Part shown: one piece after another, positions 11,285-19,570 of the stretch
Layout of the letters: every line of letters starts with the position of its first letter
Position numbering within the stretch: the stretch's first letter is position 1
Position numbers and translations under genes: made by a program
The notes under the pieces: model-generated
Seen by the model: the letters and a program-made list of their open reading frames with translations, nothing else
Told to the model about the DNA's origin: nothing
The model's database searches: none
From: an uncultured Heliobacteriaceae bacterium
Lineage (GTDB): Bacteria; Acidobacteriota; Blastocatellia; RBC074
NCBI GenBank assembly: GCA_964563495.1
Contig: CAZLYK010000014.1
Coordinates: 58-64,057 of the forward strand
Direction: 5' to 3'
DNA length: 64,000 bases

Positions 11285-12784
11285 TTACCGGCCAGCTGCC
11301 CTGGCCTTGATCCGGCGCAGCATCCCGGCAAAGACCAATTGATGGAGCGGGTAGAGGGTATACCAGTAGATCAGTCCGGCCAGTCCGACCGGATCGAAGC
11401 TCGCAGTCTGGCGAATGGTCGAGCCGGACGGCCCGGCCTCCACTTCAAACTCTAACCAGGCTCTGCCGGGTAACTTCATTTCGGCTGCCAATCGCAGCAA
11501 CCGGTCTGGCTCGAACGCCTCGACGCGCCAGAAATCGAGCGTCTCGCCGGGATGCAGCCAGTCAGGGTCGCGGCGTCCACGTCGCAGCCCGACGCCGCCA
11601 GCCAGCAAATCCAGGAACCCCCTGATCCGCCAGAGCCAGTCGCCGTAATACCAGCCGGTCTGGCCCCCAATGCGCCGAATCGGTTCGAACGCCAGAGCCG
11701 GAGCGCACCTGACCTGCGCGACGCGCGAATCCACCAGCCGCGAGCCAAACCTGACGCCGCCCCAACTCGCCGGCCGGCTGCCCGAAGAGAGCGCGTCAGA
11801 CCAGCGCGTCTCGGCGTACTCCCGATCCTCGTTGTGCAACGCCCTGGCCATCGCCTCTCGAATCCCGCGCGGGCGAACGCTGAAGACCTCCAGCGCCGAC
11901 CGGTCTTTCATCACGGTCGGATGGCGCAGACTCTCAACCAGCTTGCGCCCGATCCGCGCATAGACGGGAGTAATCAAACCTAGCCAGAGACTGGATAGGC
12001 GCGGGGTCAACACAGGTACTGGGATGATCGTGCGCCGCAAGCCGCGTTGCCGGGCATACTCCTGCATTATCTCTCCGTAGGAAGCCTGGTCCGTCCCGCC
12101 GATCTCGAATATCCGGCTCTGACCGGGCGGCAACTCGAGGGCTTCGATCAGATATGCCAGGACATCTTCAACCGCGATCGGCTGCGCGGGCGTCGTCACC
12201 CAGCGTGGAGCGACCATCACCGGCAGCCGTTCGGTTAAAGCCCGGATCATCTCGAACGAGAGAGAGCCGGAGCCGATGATGATCGAAGCCCGGAATTCGA
12301 TGACCGGGACTCCGGCTTCCCGCAAGATCCGGCCGACTTCGTGTCGGCTGCGGAGGTGCGGCGAAAGAGCTTCATCGCTTTCGCCCAGCCCACCTGGCCC
12401 ACCTGGCCCACCTAGCCCACCTAGATAGATGATTTGCTTCACTCCGGCCGCGCGAGCGGCCTCGCTGAAGTTACGCGCCGCCAGGCGATCTTCGTCCTCG
12501 AAGTCTCCGCCCGTCCCCATCGAATGCACCAGATAGTAAGCGGTATGCACACCTTGCAAAGCCGCTTCTAGACTGGCCGGATCGAGTAGATCACCCGCAA
12601 CGACCTCAGTCTCCGCCACAACTCTGGCGCGGAGCGCATCGGGACGGCGAGCCAGGCATCGCAGCCGATGACCGGCGCTCTCCAGATTCTTGAGTAGCCG
12701 CCCGCCAACGTAGCCGGTGGTTCCTGTTAGCAAAATCAATGGTCTTTGTTCAATCGATTCGATTGTCGGGGCTTTCTCGGGCAT
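11285..12784 (-). CDS. NAD(P)H-binding SDR/NmrA-like protein fused to a C-terminal DUF2867 domain
   Basis: Rossmann motif ILLTGTTGYVGGRLL. Atypical-SDR body, then a ~150-aa C-terminal region typical of DUF2867 (WYYGDWLWRIRGFLD..FWRVE..). Lies upstream of the photolyase in the same orientation. Confidence 0.75.
   Translation of the reverse strand: MPEKAPTIESIEQRPLILLTGTTGYVGGRLLKNLESAGHRLRCLARRPDALRARVVAETEVVAGDLLDPASLEAALQGVHTAYYLVHSMGTGGDFEDEDRLAARNFSEAARAAGVKQIIYLGGLGGPGGPGGLGESDEALSPHLRSRHEVGRILREAGVPVIEFRASIIIGSGSLSFEMIRALTERLPVMVAPRWVTTPAQPIAVEDVLAYLIEALELPPGQSRIFEIGGTDQASYGEIMQEYARQRGLRRTIIPVPVLTPRLSSLWLGLITPVYARIGRKLVESLRHPTVMKDRSALEVFSVRPRGIREAMARALHNEDREYAETRWSDALSSGSRPASWGGVRFGSRLVDSRVAQVRCAPALAFEPIRRIGGQTGWYYGDWLWRIRGFLDLLAGGVGLRRGRRDPDWLHPGETLDFWRVEAFEPDRLLRLAAEMKLPGRAWLEFEVEAGPSGSTIRQTASFDPVGLAGLIYWYTLYPLHQLVFAGMLRRIKARAAGR
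12389..12424. repeat. Four tandem 9-nt units inside the SDR-DUF2867 gene
   Basis: cccacctgg cccacctgg cccacctag cccacctag. In frame on the minus strand, encoding the Gly-rich stretch GGLGGPGGPGGLG. Confidence 0.9.
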
Positions 12785-12901
12785 CTTCTATTGTCTAGTC
12801 GAATCTCTTTCAATTCTCAACTGTCTTTGAAGGATCAGGCGGCTGGAACCCGTCCCTACACCCAATCCCAGCCGCCTGTCCAGATCATCCTCCTTGTTTT
12901 G

Positions 12902-13402
12902 TTACTGAGGAATGATGACCGTGTCGATCACGTGGATCACACCATTGGACGCCGCGATGTCGGTCTTAACCACATTCGCGTTGTCAACCATCACCTTGCC
13001 ACCGCCGGCCCGGATCTTGACTGAAGAACCCTGGACAGTCTGCGCCGACTTGAGCTTGACAACGTCCTTAGCCATGACTTTGCCCGAGACGACGTGGTAG
13101 AGCAGGATTTTGGTCAGCTTCTCCTTGTCCTTGAGCAGCGACTCGACCGTGCCAGCCGGCAACTTGGCGAAGGCTTCATCGGTCGGGGCGAAGACGGTGA
13201 ACGGCCCTTTGCCCTTCAAAGTCTCAACCAACCCAGCCGCTGCCAACGCGGTCGCCAATGTCTTGAAGCTGCCCGCTGCTACCGCCGTGTCAACGATGTC
13301 CTTCTTCTCATGGGAGTCAGCCGCTCCGACCGGCGTCGCGGTCAAACCCGTAGCGACAAGGCCAACAAACATCCATCTAACGATTGTCGATTTGAGATTC
13401 AT
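12902..13402 (-). CDS. Secreted fasciclin (FAS1) domain protein
   Basis: AGGAG RBS and a signal peptide. FAS1 motifs [18 protein letters not shown] and [13 protein letters not shown]. Confidence 0.9.
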   Translation of the reverse strand: MNLKSTIVRWMFVGLVATGLTATPVGAADSHEKKDIVDTAVAAGSFKTLATALAAAGLVETLKGKGPFTVFAPTDEAFAKLPAGTVESLLKDKEKLTKILLYHVVSGKVMAKDVVKLKSAQTVQGSSVKIRAGGGKVMVDNANVVKTDIAASNGVIHVIDTVIIPQ

Positions 13403-13612
13403 CTCGTTCCTTTCTCCTATTTGTTATTCAGATTGATATTTCCGGCCAGGAAGAAAATCCCTGATCGGTAACGTCTTCCGCCAGGCAGGCGGCAATCACC
13501 AGGATGATTGCCGCTTGCCACCCCATCCACCTCCCTCCCTCAACGGTGGACACGATAGCCGTTCTCAGAGAGTCTGTCAAGCCTTTTTCTAGGATAAATG
13601 CAGGAATTTGAC

Positions 13613-13656
13613 TAGACAGTACAAACTTGATCCTTGACAGTCGCTAGACATATAAT
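13613..13656 (+). promoter_or_regulatory. Candidate sigma70-type promoter overlapped by three T(A/T)GACA hexamers (possible CarH/LitR-type operator)
   Basis: TTGATC (13627-13632), an 18-nt spacer, then TATAAT (13651-13656). tagaca 13613-13618, ttgaca 13634-13639 and tagaca 13645-13650 are spaced 21 and 11 bp apart. Lies 134 nt upstream of the ATG at 13790. Confidence 0.3.
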
Positions 13657-13789
13657 TAAGATGCATTTATCAACCACTGTCCTGGGGGGCACGATTCGAG
13701 CGAGAGTGGGTCAGCGATGCGCCGATTGGCAAAGAACGAGCACGAGGGGGGCGTGGCCTCCGAGGGCAAATGAGGTTGAAGGAGGTTTT

Positions 13790-13960
13790 ATGATATTGAG
13801 TAAATTGTTTGCGCTGGTTGTTATCCTGACGAACACATCGGTGCTGGCGGGAGCGGATCGTCCGCAGGCGTTGGAGGTTGTTCCCTCGGTTGATCTTTTT
13901 CGTTACGCTGGAAAGTGGTATGAGATAATGAAAGGAAAGCAGTTGCCTGAATCGCCATGA
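13790..13960 (+). pseudogene. Truncated bacterial lipocalin (Blc-like) N-terminal fragment / leader ORF coupled to the MerR-B12 regulator
   Basis: GGAGG RBS. 56 aa: signal peptide MILSKLFALVVILTNTSVLAG, then VDLFRYAGKWYEI, which matches the first lipocalin signature (E. coli Blc FDAKRYLGTWYEIAR). It stops 12 codons later, whereas full-length Blc is about 170 aa. The stop overlaps the next gene's ATG (ATGA, 13957-13960). Confidence 0.55.
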
Positions 13961-14886
13961 ACAAGATGGTCTATCCAATCCGCGCCGTTTCCAAGCTGAC
14001 CGGGATCAGCATTGATACGCTCCGCGCCTGGGAGCGGCGCTATCAGGTCGTTGCCCCACACCGCGACGAGCGCGGGCGGCTCTACACGGAAGCCGATGTG
14101 CAGCGCCTGCGCCTGCTCAACGCGGCGGTGGAGAAAGGGCACGCGATTGGCCGGTTGGCGGGACTCAGCGATGAAGAACTAAACGCTCTGGTTGCCCGCC
14201 CGGCGATTGTGGAGGATGCCGCCGGTATCATGAAGCCGCCTCTCCGGGAAGAGCCTGCCCTGGCGCTGAGTTCAGTCATGGCCGCCATCAAACGGCTGGA
14301 CTATGCAGAGGCAGAGCATGAACTGGCCTTGCTGGCGGCTGTCCTCGCTCCGCGCGACCTGGTTTACCGAGTTGCTCTCCCCTTGATGCAAAAGGTCGGC
14401 GAGTCCTGGCACGAGGGGAAGCTCAGCATCGCGCAGGAACATATGACTTCTGCGCTCTTGCGCAACCTGGTGGGGGGTCTCGTCCCACACTACCGGCGAA
14501 CTTCGCCGGCCGGCAAGCTCTTGTTTGCCACACCCAGCGGAGAGCACCACGAATTCGGCATTCTGCTCTCGGCCATGCTGGCAGCGGGCGGCGGACTGAG
14601 CATCGTCTATCTGGGAGCCGATCTACCCGCCGCAGAGATTGTCGTCGCCGCTCAGAAGACCGCGCCGCAGGCGGTCGTCCTTGGATTCATCGGGGCCAAC
14701 GGCGCCAAAGCGGGGATTTTGGAAATACAAAAGATCGCCGATAAGCTGCCGTCACAAATTGAACTCTGGGTCGGCGGGCCGCAAGGAGAGGCTTTAGTCG
14801 CAGAGATCCGGAAGACGCGGGCGCTGATGATCGAAGATTTTCAGATGCTGGAACAGCACCTGGTCAGATTGGGAGCGCGGTTTTAA
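13957..14886 (+). CDS. MerR-family transcriptional regulator with C-terminal cobalamin-binding domain (CarH/LitR-like light-responsive regulator)
   Basis: N-terminal MerR HTH (YPIRAVSKLTGISIDTLRAWERRY..YTEADVQRLRLL). C-terminal B12-binding-like Rossmann with ExHxxG (GEHHEFG) and a later VGG. Divergent from the fasciclin-SDR-photolyase string. Confidence 0.75.
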   Translation: MNKMVYPIRAVSKLTGISIDTLRAWERRYQVVAPHRDERGRLYTEADVQRLRLLNAAVEKGHAIGRLAGLSDEELNALVARPAIVEDAAGIMKPPLREEPALALSSVMAAIKRLDYAEAEHELALLAAVLAPRDLVYRVALPLMQKVGESWHEGKLSIAQEHMTSALLRNLVGGLVPHYRRTSPAGKLLFATPSGEHHEFGILLSAMLAAGGGLSIVYLGADLPAAEIVVAAQKTAPQAVVLGFIGANGAKAGILEIQKIADKLPSQIELWVGGPQGEALVAEIRKTRALMIEDFQMLEQHLVRLGARF

Positions 14887-15186
14887 GTCAGTTTGGCGGC
14901 GGGTAATTTCGGGTACAGCCGCGGGTAGATCGTCCTGGGCGAGCGTCGTCATCACGCATCGCGGATCGGGCAAGGCCACACTCAGTCGAACTCCCTCGCC
15001 GATCGCGAGATCATGGCCAATCCAGTCATGATGATGTCTGTTTCGATCTAGTCAAAACTTGATGTCTTGACGCAGAATAGTGACATCGATTGCCTGGGGG
15101 GCTGAACTTCCCGCAATCTTACTGCCCGCTCGACATATGTTGACGGGCGGTTCGCAGTGATCAACATTTGAAAGAGAGTGTGCTCC

Positions 15187-18129
15187 ATGCCATCCAAGTT
15201 CTGCAGTCGCTTGTGTTTCCTGGCTTTGAGCCTGAGCCTGATCAGTTCCGCCCTGGCGCAGTCGCCGCCATCGCCTGTGGTCCCCCCTTCAATCCCATCA
15301 TCGGCGGTCAAGGATCTGGCGCTGGCGCTGGCACAGGCTGCGTCAGAGGAAGAACAGGAGCGATTGCTGGCGCAGCAGAAAGACCTGGTCAACAGCTCGC
15401 TATTAGCCGCGCTCAAGGGCCTGATCCAGCCCCTCACCCGTAAAGGCGATAACGCTCAGGCTCTGAGAATCGCCCAGCTCGCAGTCCGGATTGGAGAGAG
15501 GATCGGAGACCGTCCGGGGCTGGGCGAGGCGATGACTTCTCTTGGAGCGAGCTACCTTAACCTGTACCGTTATGCGGAGGCTTTGAATTACCTTGAGAAG
15601 AGTCTCGTTATTTATCAAGAATCCGGCGATAAGCGAGGGATGGCGGGTGCGCTGCGATACCTCGGCAATCTCCACAGTAGACAAACACGTTTCGATCAGG
15701 CCTTCGAGTACTACAATCGAAGTCTGGCGCTGAGCAAAGAGAGCGGGGATAGAAGCCTGACCGCCTCGATTCTCAATGACATGGGCAGAGTATACGATTC
15801 GCAGGGACGTTATGAACTCGGTCTGGAGCATTTGGAGAAAAGCCGGGCGCTCAGTCAAGAACTGAACGACAAGGAGATGCAATCGACAGCCTTGAACAAC
15901 ATTGGCATTCATTATATTGATCAGGGCCGGTACGCGGACGCACTCGAATACCTTCAGCGGAGCGTCAAAGTTAACCAAGAGATGTGGAGCACAAATCAGC
16001 AGGGGTTGGCCGTTCGCCTGAATAATATCGGCATTATCTACAAACGCCAGGGCCGTTATGATCAGGCCCTGGAGTACTATCGCAAAAGCCTGGAGATCCA
16101 TGAAAAGGGTGGGGACAAAGGCAGAATCGCCGAGGCACAGAACAATATCGGAGTTATCTATAAAACGCAGGGACTTTTTGAGCAGTCGCTGGAGTGGTTG
16201 GGGAAAAGCCTGAAGAATTTTCGGGAGGTCAGCGCCAATGGCGGCATCGCCGCGAGTTTGAACAACATTGGCGACGTTCATCGCCGGGAGGGACGCTATG
16301 ATCTTGCGCTGGCAGCCTTCCGGGAGAGCCTCCGGATACGTGAAGAGATAGGGGACGGATTATCAATCGCCCTGACGCTGAATAATCTCGGCCGGCTGTA
16401 CCAGGACCAGGGCCGTTATTCCGAGATGCTCGAGGTCAGTCTCCGCGCCGCCAGACTGGCTGAGGAAAGCAATGATCCCGAAGGGCTCTGGAATGCCCAG
16501 AATAGCCTCGGCATAGCGCAGCGCGCACTAGGGCAGCCGGCGGCTGCTCGCCAGAGCTTTCTCGATGCCATCGCCACTCTCGAATTGCTGCGTCATCAAG
16601 TCGCCGGAGGCGCGCAGCAACAGCAAACTTTTCTGGAAAACAAACTCTCGCCCTGGATTGGCATGATCGACCTCCTCATCTCACAAGCTCATGAGGCTGA
16701 GGCCCTGACCTTTGCCGAACAGTCGAAGGCGCGAGTGCTGATCGACGTGCTTCAGGCCGGCCGCGACAGCCTCTATAAATCGCTTTCGCCGGAGGAACGG
16801 CAGGCAGAGGAGCAGAAGCGACTTGAGCTGGTTGCGCTCAACTCGCAGCTCACCGGCGAGTTGCGACGCAAACGGCCTGACCCCGCGCGCGCGGCCGGGC
16901 TGAAAGCCGAGGTCGCGCAGACCCGGCTCGAGTTCGAGGCGCTCGAAACCAGCCTCTACGTGGCCCATCCCGAACTGAAAGTGCACCGCGGTGAGTCCTC
17001 GATCATCAAAGCCGATGAACTCGCGGCCTTGTTGCCCGATGCAACGAGCGCGGCGCTTGAATACGTCGTGGCGGATGACAGGGCATTTCTGTTTGTCATG
17101 ACGAAGGCGGTTGGGAAAAAAGAAGCTGAGGTTCGGGTCTACACGTTGCCGATCAAACGAGATGAGCTAACAAGTCAGATCGAAGCTTTCCGGCAACAGC
17201 TTGCCGAACGCGACCTCGGCTTTCGCCCCTCGGCGGCAAAGCTCTATCAATTGTTGCTCAAACCAGCCGAGGCGCAGATTAAGGGGAAGACCAATCTGAT
17301 CATCGTGCCGGACAACAAGTTGTGGGACTTGCCATTTCAGGCGTTGCCGGCTATCGGGGGAAGGTTCCTGATCGAGAATGCCGCTATCTCTTATGCGCCG
17401 TCGCTCACCGTCCTAAGAGAGATGACCAGGCGACGAGAGAGTCAACAGACGGATACAGCCGGATTGGCCTTGCTGGCTCTGGGCAATCCGCTGCTGGGTA
17501 AAAAGACCTTTGAGCGCGTGACGCTGGCGCAGAGTAATGAAAGGCTCGCTCCGCTGCCGGAAGCCGAACAGGAAGTGAAGGCGCTGGGGCGGATGTATGG
17601 TGCGGCACGAAGCAAAGTCTACATTGGCCCGCAGGCCCGCGAAGATCGCGTCAAGAACGAAGCCGGCCAGGCCGGAATTCTTCACTTCGCCACGCACGGA
17701 AGCATGAACAATGCTTCGCCGATGTACTCGCATCTGGCCCTGGCGGAAGGCGACACCAACGAAGACGGGCTGCTCGAAGCCTGGGAGCTGATGCGGCTCG
17801 ATTTGAAAGCCGACCTGGCAGTGCTCTCCGCCTGCGAAACGGCGCGTGGCCGTTCCGGCGCAGGCGAAGGCATGATCGGATTGACCTGGGCGCTCTTCGT
17901 CGCGGGCGCGCCGACAACTGTCGTCAGCCAGTGGAAAGTCGAATCGGCCAGCACGCGTGATTTGATGCTCAGTTTTCATCATCAATTGCAAGCGCAGCCG
18001 GCGGCTGCAAAGATGAAACTATCGAAGGCCGAAGCCTTGCGGCAAGCGGCGTTGAAGCTCATGAAAAACCCGGAAACCAATCATCCGTTTTACTGGGCGG
18101 GATTCGTGCTGGTGGGCGACGGCAGGTGA
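15187..18129 (+). CDS. Secreted TPR-repeat CHAT-domain (caspase-like) protease, module 1
   Basis: ORF from GTG 15178, first ATG at 15187. Signal peptide ..CFLALSLSLISSALAQ. More than 10 TPR units (repeated LNNIG..Y..QGRYDQALEYY pattern). C-terminal CHAT domain with a putative His/Cys dyad (ILHFATHG ; LAVLSACETARG). Confidence 0.85.
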   Translation: MPSKFCSRLCFLALSLSLISSALAQSPPSPVVPPSIPSSAVKDLALALAQAASEEEQERLLAQQKDLVNSSLLAALKGLIQPLTRKGDNAQALRIAQLAVRIGERIGDRPGLGEAMTSLGASYLNLYRYAEALNYLEKSLVIYQESGDKRGMAGALRYLGNLHSRQTRFDQAFEYYNRSLALSKESGDRSLTASILNDMGRVYDSQGRYELGLEHLEKSRALSQELNDKEMQSTALNNIGIHYIDQGRYADALEYLQRSVKVNQEMWSTNQQGLAVRLNNIGIIYKRQGRYDQALEYYRKSLEIHEKGGDKGRIAEAQNNIGVIYKTQGLFEQSLEWLGKSLKNFREVSANGGIAASLNNIGDVHRREGRYDLALAAFRESLRIREEIGDGLSIALTLNNLGRLYQDQGRYSEMLEVSLRAARLAEESNDPEGLWNAQNSLGIAQRALGQPAAARQSFLDAIATLELLRHQVAGGAQQQQTFLENKLSPWIGMIDLLISQAHEAEALTFAEQSKARVLIDVLQAGRDSLYKSLSPEERQAEEQKRLELVALNSQLTGELRRKRPDPARAAGLKAEVAQTRLEFEALETSLYVAHPELKVHRGESSIIKADELAALLPDATSAALEYVVADDRAFLFVMTKAVGKKEAEVRVYTLPIKRDELTSQIEAFRQQLAERDLGFRPSAAKLYQLLLKPAEAQIKGKTNLIIVPDNKLWDLPFQALPAIGGRFLIENAAISYAPSLTVLREMTRRRESQQTDTAGLALLALGNPLLGKKTFERVTLAQSNERLAPLPEAEQEVKALGRMYGAARSKVYIGPQAREDRVKNEAGQAGILHFATHGSMNNASPMYSHLALAEGDTNEDGLLEAWELMRLDLKADLAVLSACETARGRSGAGEGMIGLTWALFVAGAPTTVVSQWKVESASTRDLMLSFHHQLQAQPAAAKMKLSKAEALRQAALKLMKNPETNHPFYWAGFVLVGDGR

Positions 18130-18170
18130 CGATAAGAGACAGGATAAACAAGTTGATTTCAGCTGGATCG

Positions 18171-19487
18171 TTAGCTGCGCGATGCCCGCAGATTGGACAG
18201 CAGGCGGCTGACAATCTCTGAATTCGGATTAGCTTTTTGCAAAACGCGTAATTCCCGTTCGGCTTCGTCCAGCATCCCGGCCTTGAGATAGAGAAGAGCC
18301 AGCGTCAGGTGAGATGACGCATAGGCGCGCCGAGCCCGCATGAGTTCATTCGCCTTCGCCTGATCGAGAATGCGGAATTTCGCCTGCGGCGCCGGCGGAC
18401 GCGGGGCGATCAATTCCTGCCCGTCTTTGATGGCTTTCACCTGCCAGGAATAGATTCCGCCGCGTCTGAGGGACTGCGGCGGCGTCCACGAACCATCGGA
18501 GAGTTGTGGGCTGGTTGCCACCAGGGTGAACGTGTCATCGTAAATCTCTACCAGATAGCCGGTCGCGCCATCCAGCCGGGACCAGCGGAAAGCCGGGCGA
18601 TCCGTCAGTATTACTTTTCCGACCGGCTCGATCGGTGAAAACTTGCCATCCTGGCTGTCTCCACCTCTGATCGTGCCACTCCCTGGCCGGACCAATCCCG
18701 CCAGAAGTGGTGATTTTTCAAATCGCTGATCGGTGAGTGCTCCCTTGACCATTTGCTGGTAAGCCGGAGGTAAGTTGTCAGTCCCTGAAAGTTTGCCTTC
18801 CCGATCCAGTATCACCTGGCCTCCACCATCATTGAGTTGGGCGATCAACATCCCTCCTGCGTCCTCGATAGGCGGGGTCGGAGATACGATCGGAGTTACT
18901 ATCGGTGAGGGTATAGTTTTGGCTATCTCCGGCTTCATCTCTTTCTGTTGCAGCGCCTGCCAAATCAGCACACCGGCTGCGATCAACAAAAACGCCGCCA
19001 ACGCCGAGCTGAAAACGAGCGCGGGAGATCCGGGTACGACTGAAAAGATCGTTCTCACAAGCCGACGCCATCGATTTTCAGTCACGACGCCAATCATGGA
19101 AGGCTGATATTCACGGTTCAGTTCGGAGGCGACCTCGGCTCTGAAAACGAGCAGGTCATTCACTGTCATGTCGCACTGCCCGCAATTGGACAGATGATCT
19201 TTGACAAGCTGCAGCTCCCCGCCGGCCAGGGCGCCGTCAACATATTCAGCCGTTTGTTCATAAGTCAGATGCGCCCGCCCCGCCGGCGAAGAGACCGTCT
19301 CTGCCGCTTCACCGAAGACATCGGATTGCAGCGCAAAGAAAGCCATATCGCCATTCATCGCCCTATCGACCTGCCGGCGGCACGTTTCGCAAACGCCCAG
19401 GTGATCGGATGCAGACAGCAATTCGGCTGCTGAGAGCGCACGACGGCCGTAGTCATCTATCTGGTTGTTCGTAAGATGTTCGGACAA
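18171..19487 (-). CDS. Membrane-spanning anti-sigma factor with two zf-HC2-like motifs and an extracytoplasmic domain ending in a TPR
   Basis: TTG start. DHLGVCETCRRQV and DHLSNCGQCDMTV (Hx3Cx2C twice). One TM helix (LVFSSALAAFLLIAAGVLIW). C-terminal ~230 aa are predicted outside, with a TPR-like end. Lies immediately downstream of a sigma-factor gene. Confidence 0.65.
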   Translation of the reverse strand: MSEHLTNNQIDDYGRRALSAAELLSASDHLGVCETCRRQVDRAMNGDMAFFALQSDVFGEAAETVSSPAGRAHLTYEQTAEYVDGALAGGELQLVKDHLSNCGQCDMTVNDLLVFRAEVASELNREYQPSMIGVVTENRWRRLVRTIFSVVPGSPALVFSSALAAFLLIAAGVLIWQALQQKEMKPEIAKTIPSPIVTPIVSPTPPIEDAGGMLIAQLNDGGGQVILDREGKLSGTDNLPPAYQQMVKGALTDQRFEKSPLLAGLVRPGSGTIRGGDSQDGKFSPIEPVGKVILTDRPAFRWSRLDGATGYLVEIYDDTFTLVATSPQLSDGSWTPPQSLRRGGIYSWQVKAIKDGQELIAPRPPAPQAKFRILDQAKANELMRARRAYASSHLTLALLYLKAGMLDEAERELRVLQKANPNSEIVSRLLSNLRASRS

Positions 19488-19570
19488 TGATTTTATACCT
19501 CACAGCCGGGGACCCGACTGCCTTCCTACTCGCATAAGTTGCCAAAATGCGCCGGATATTACCACCGGGT

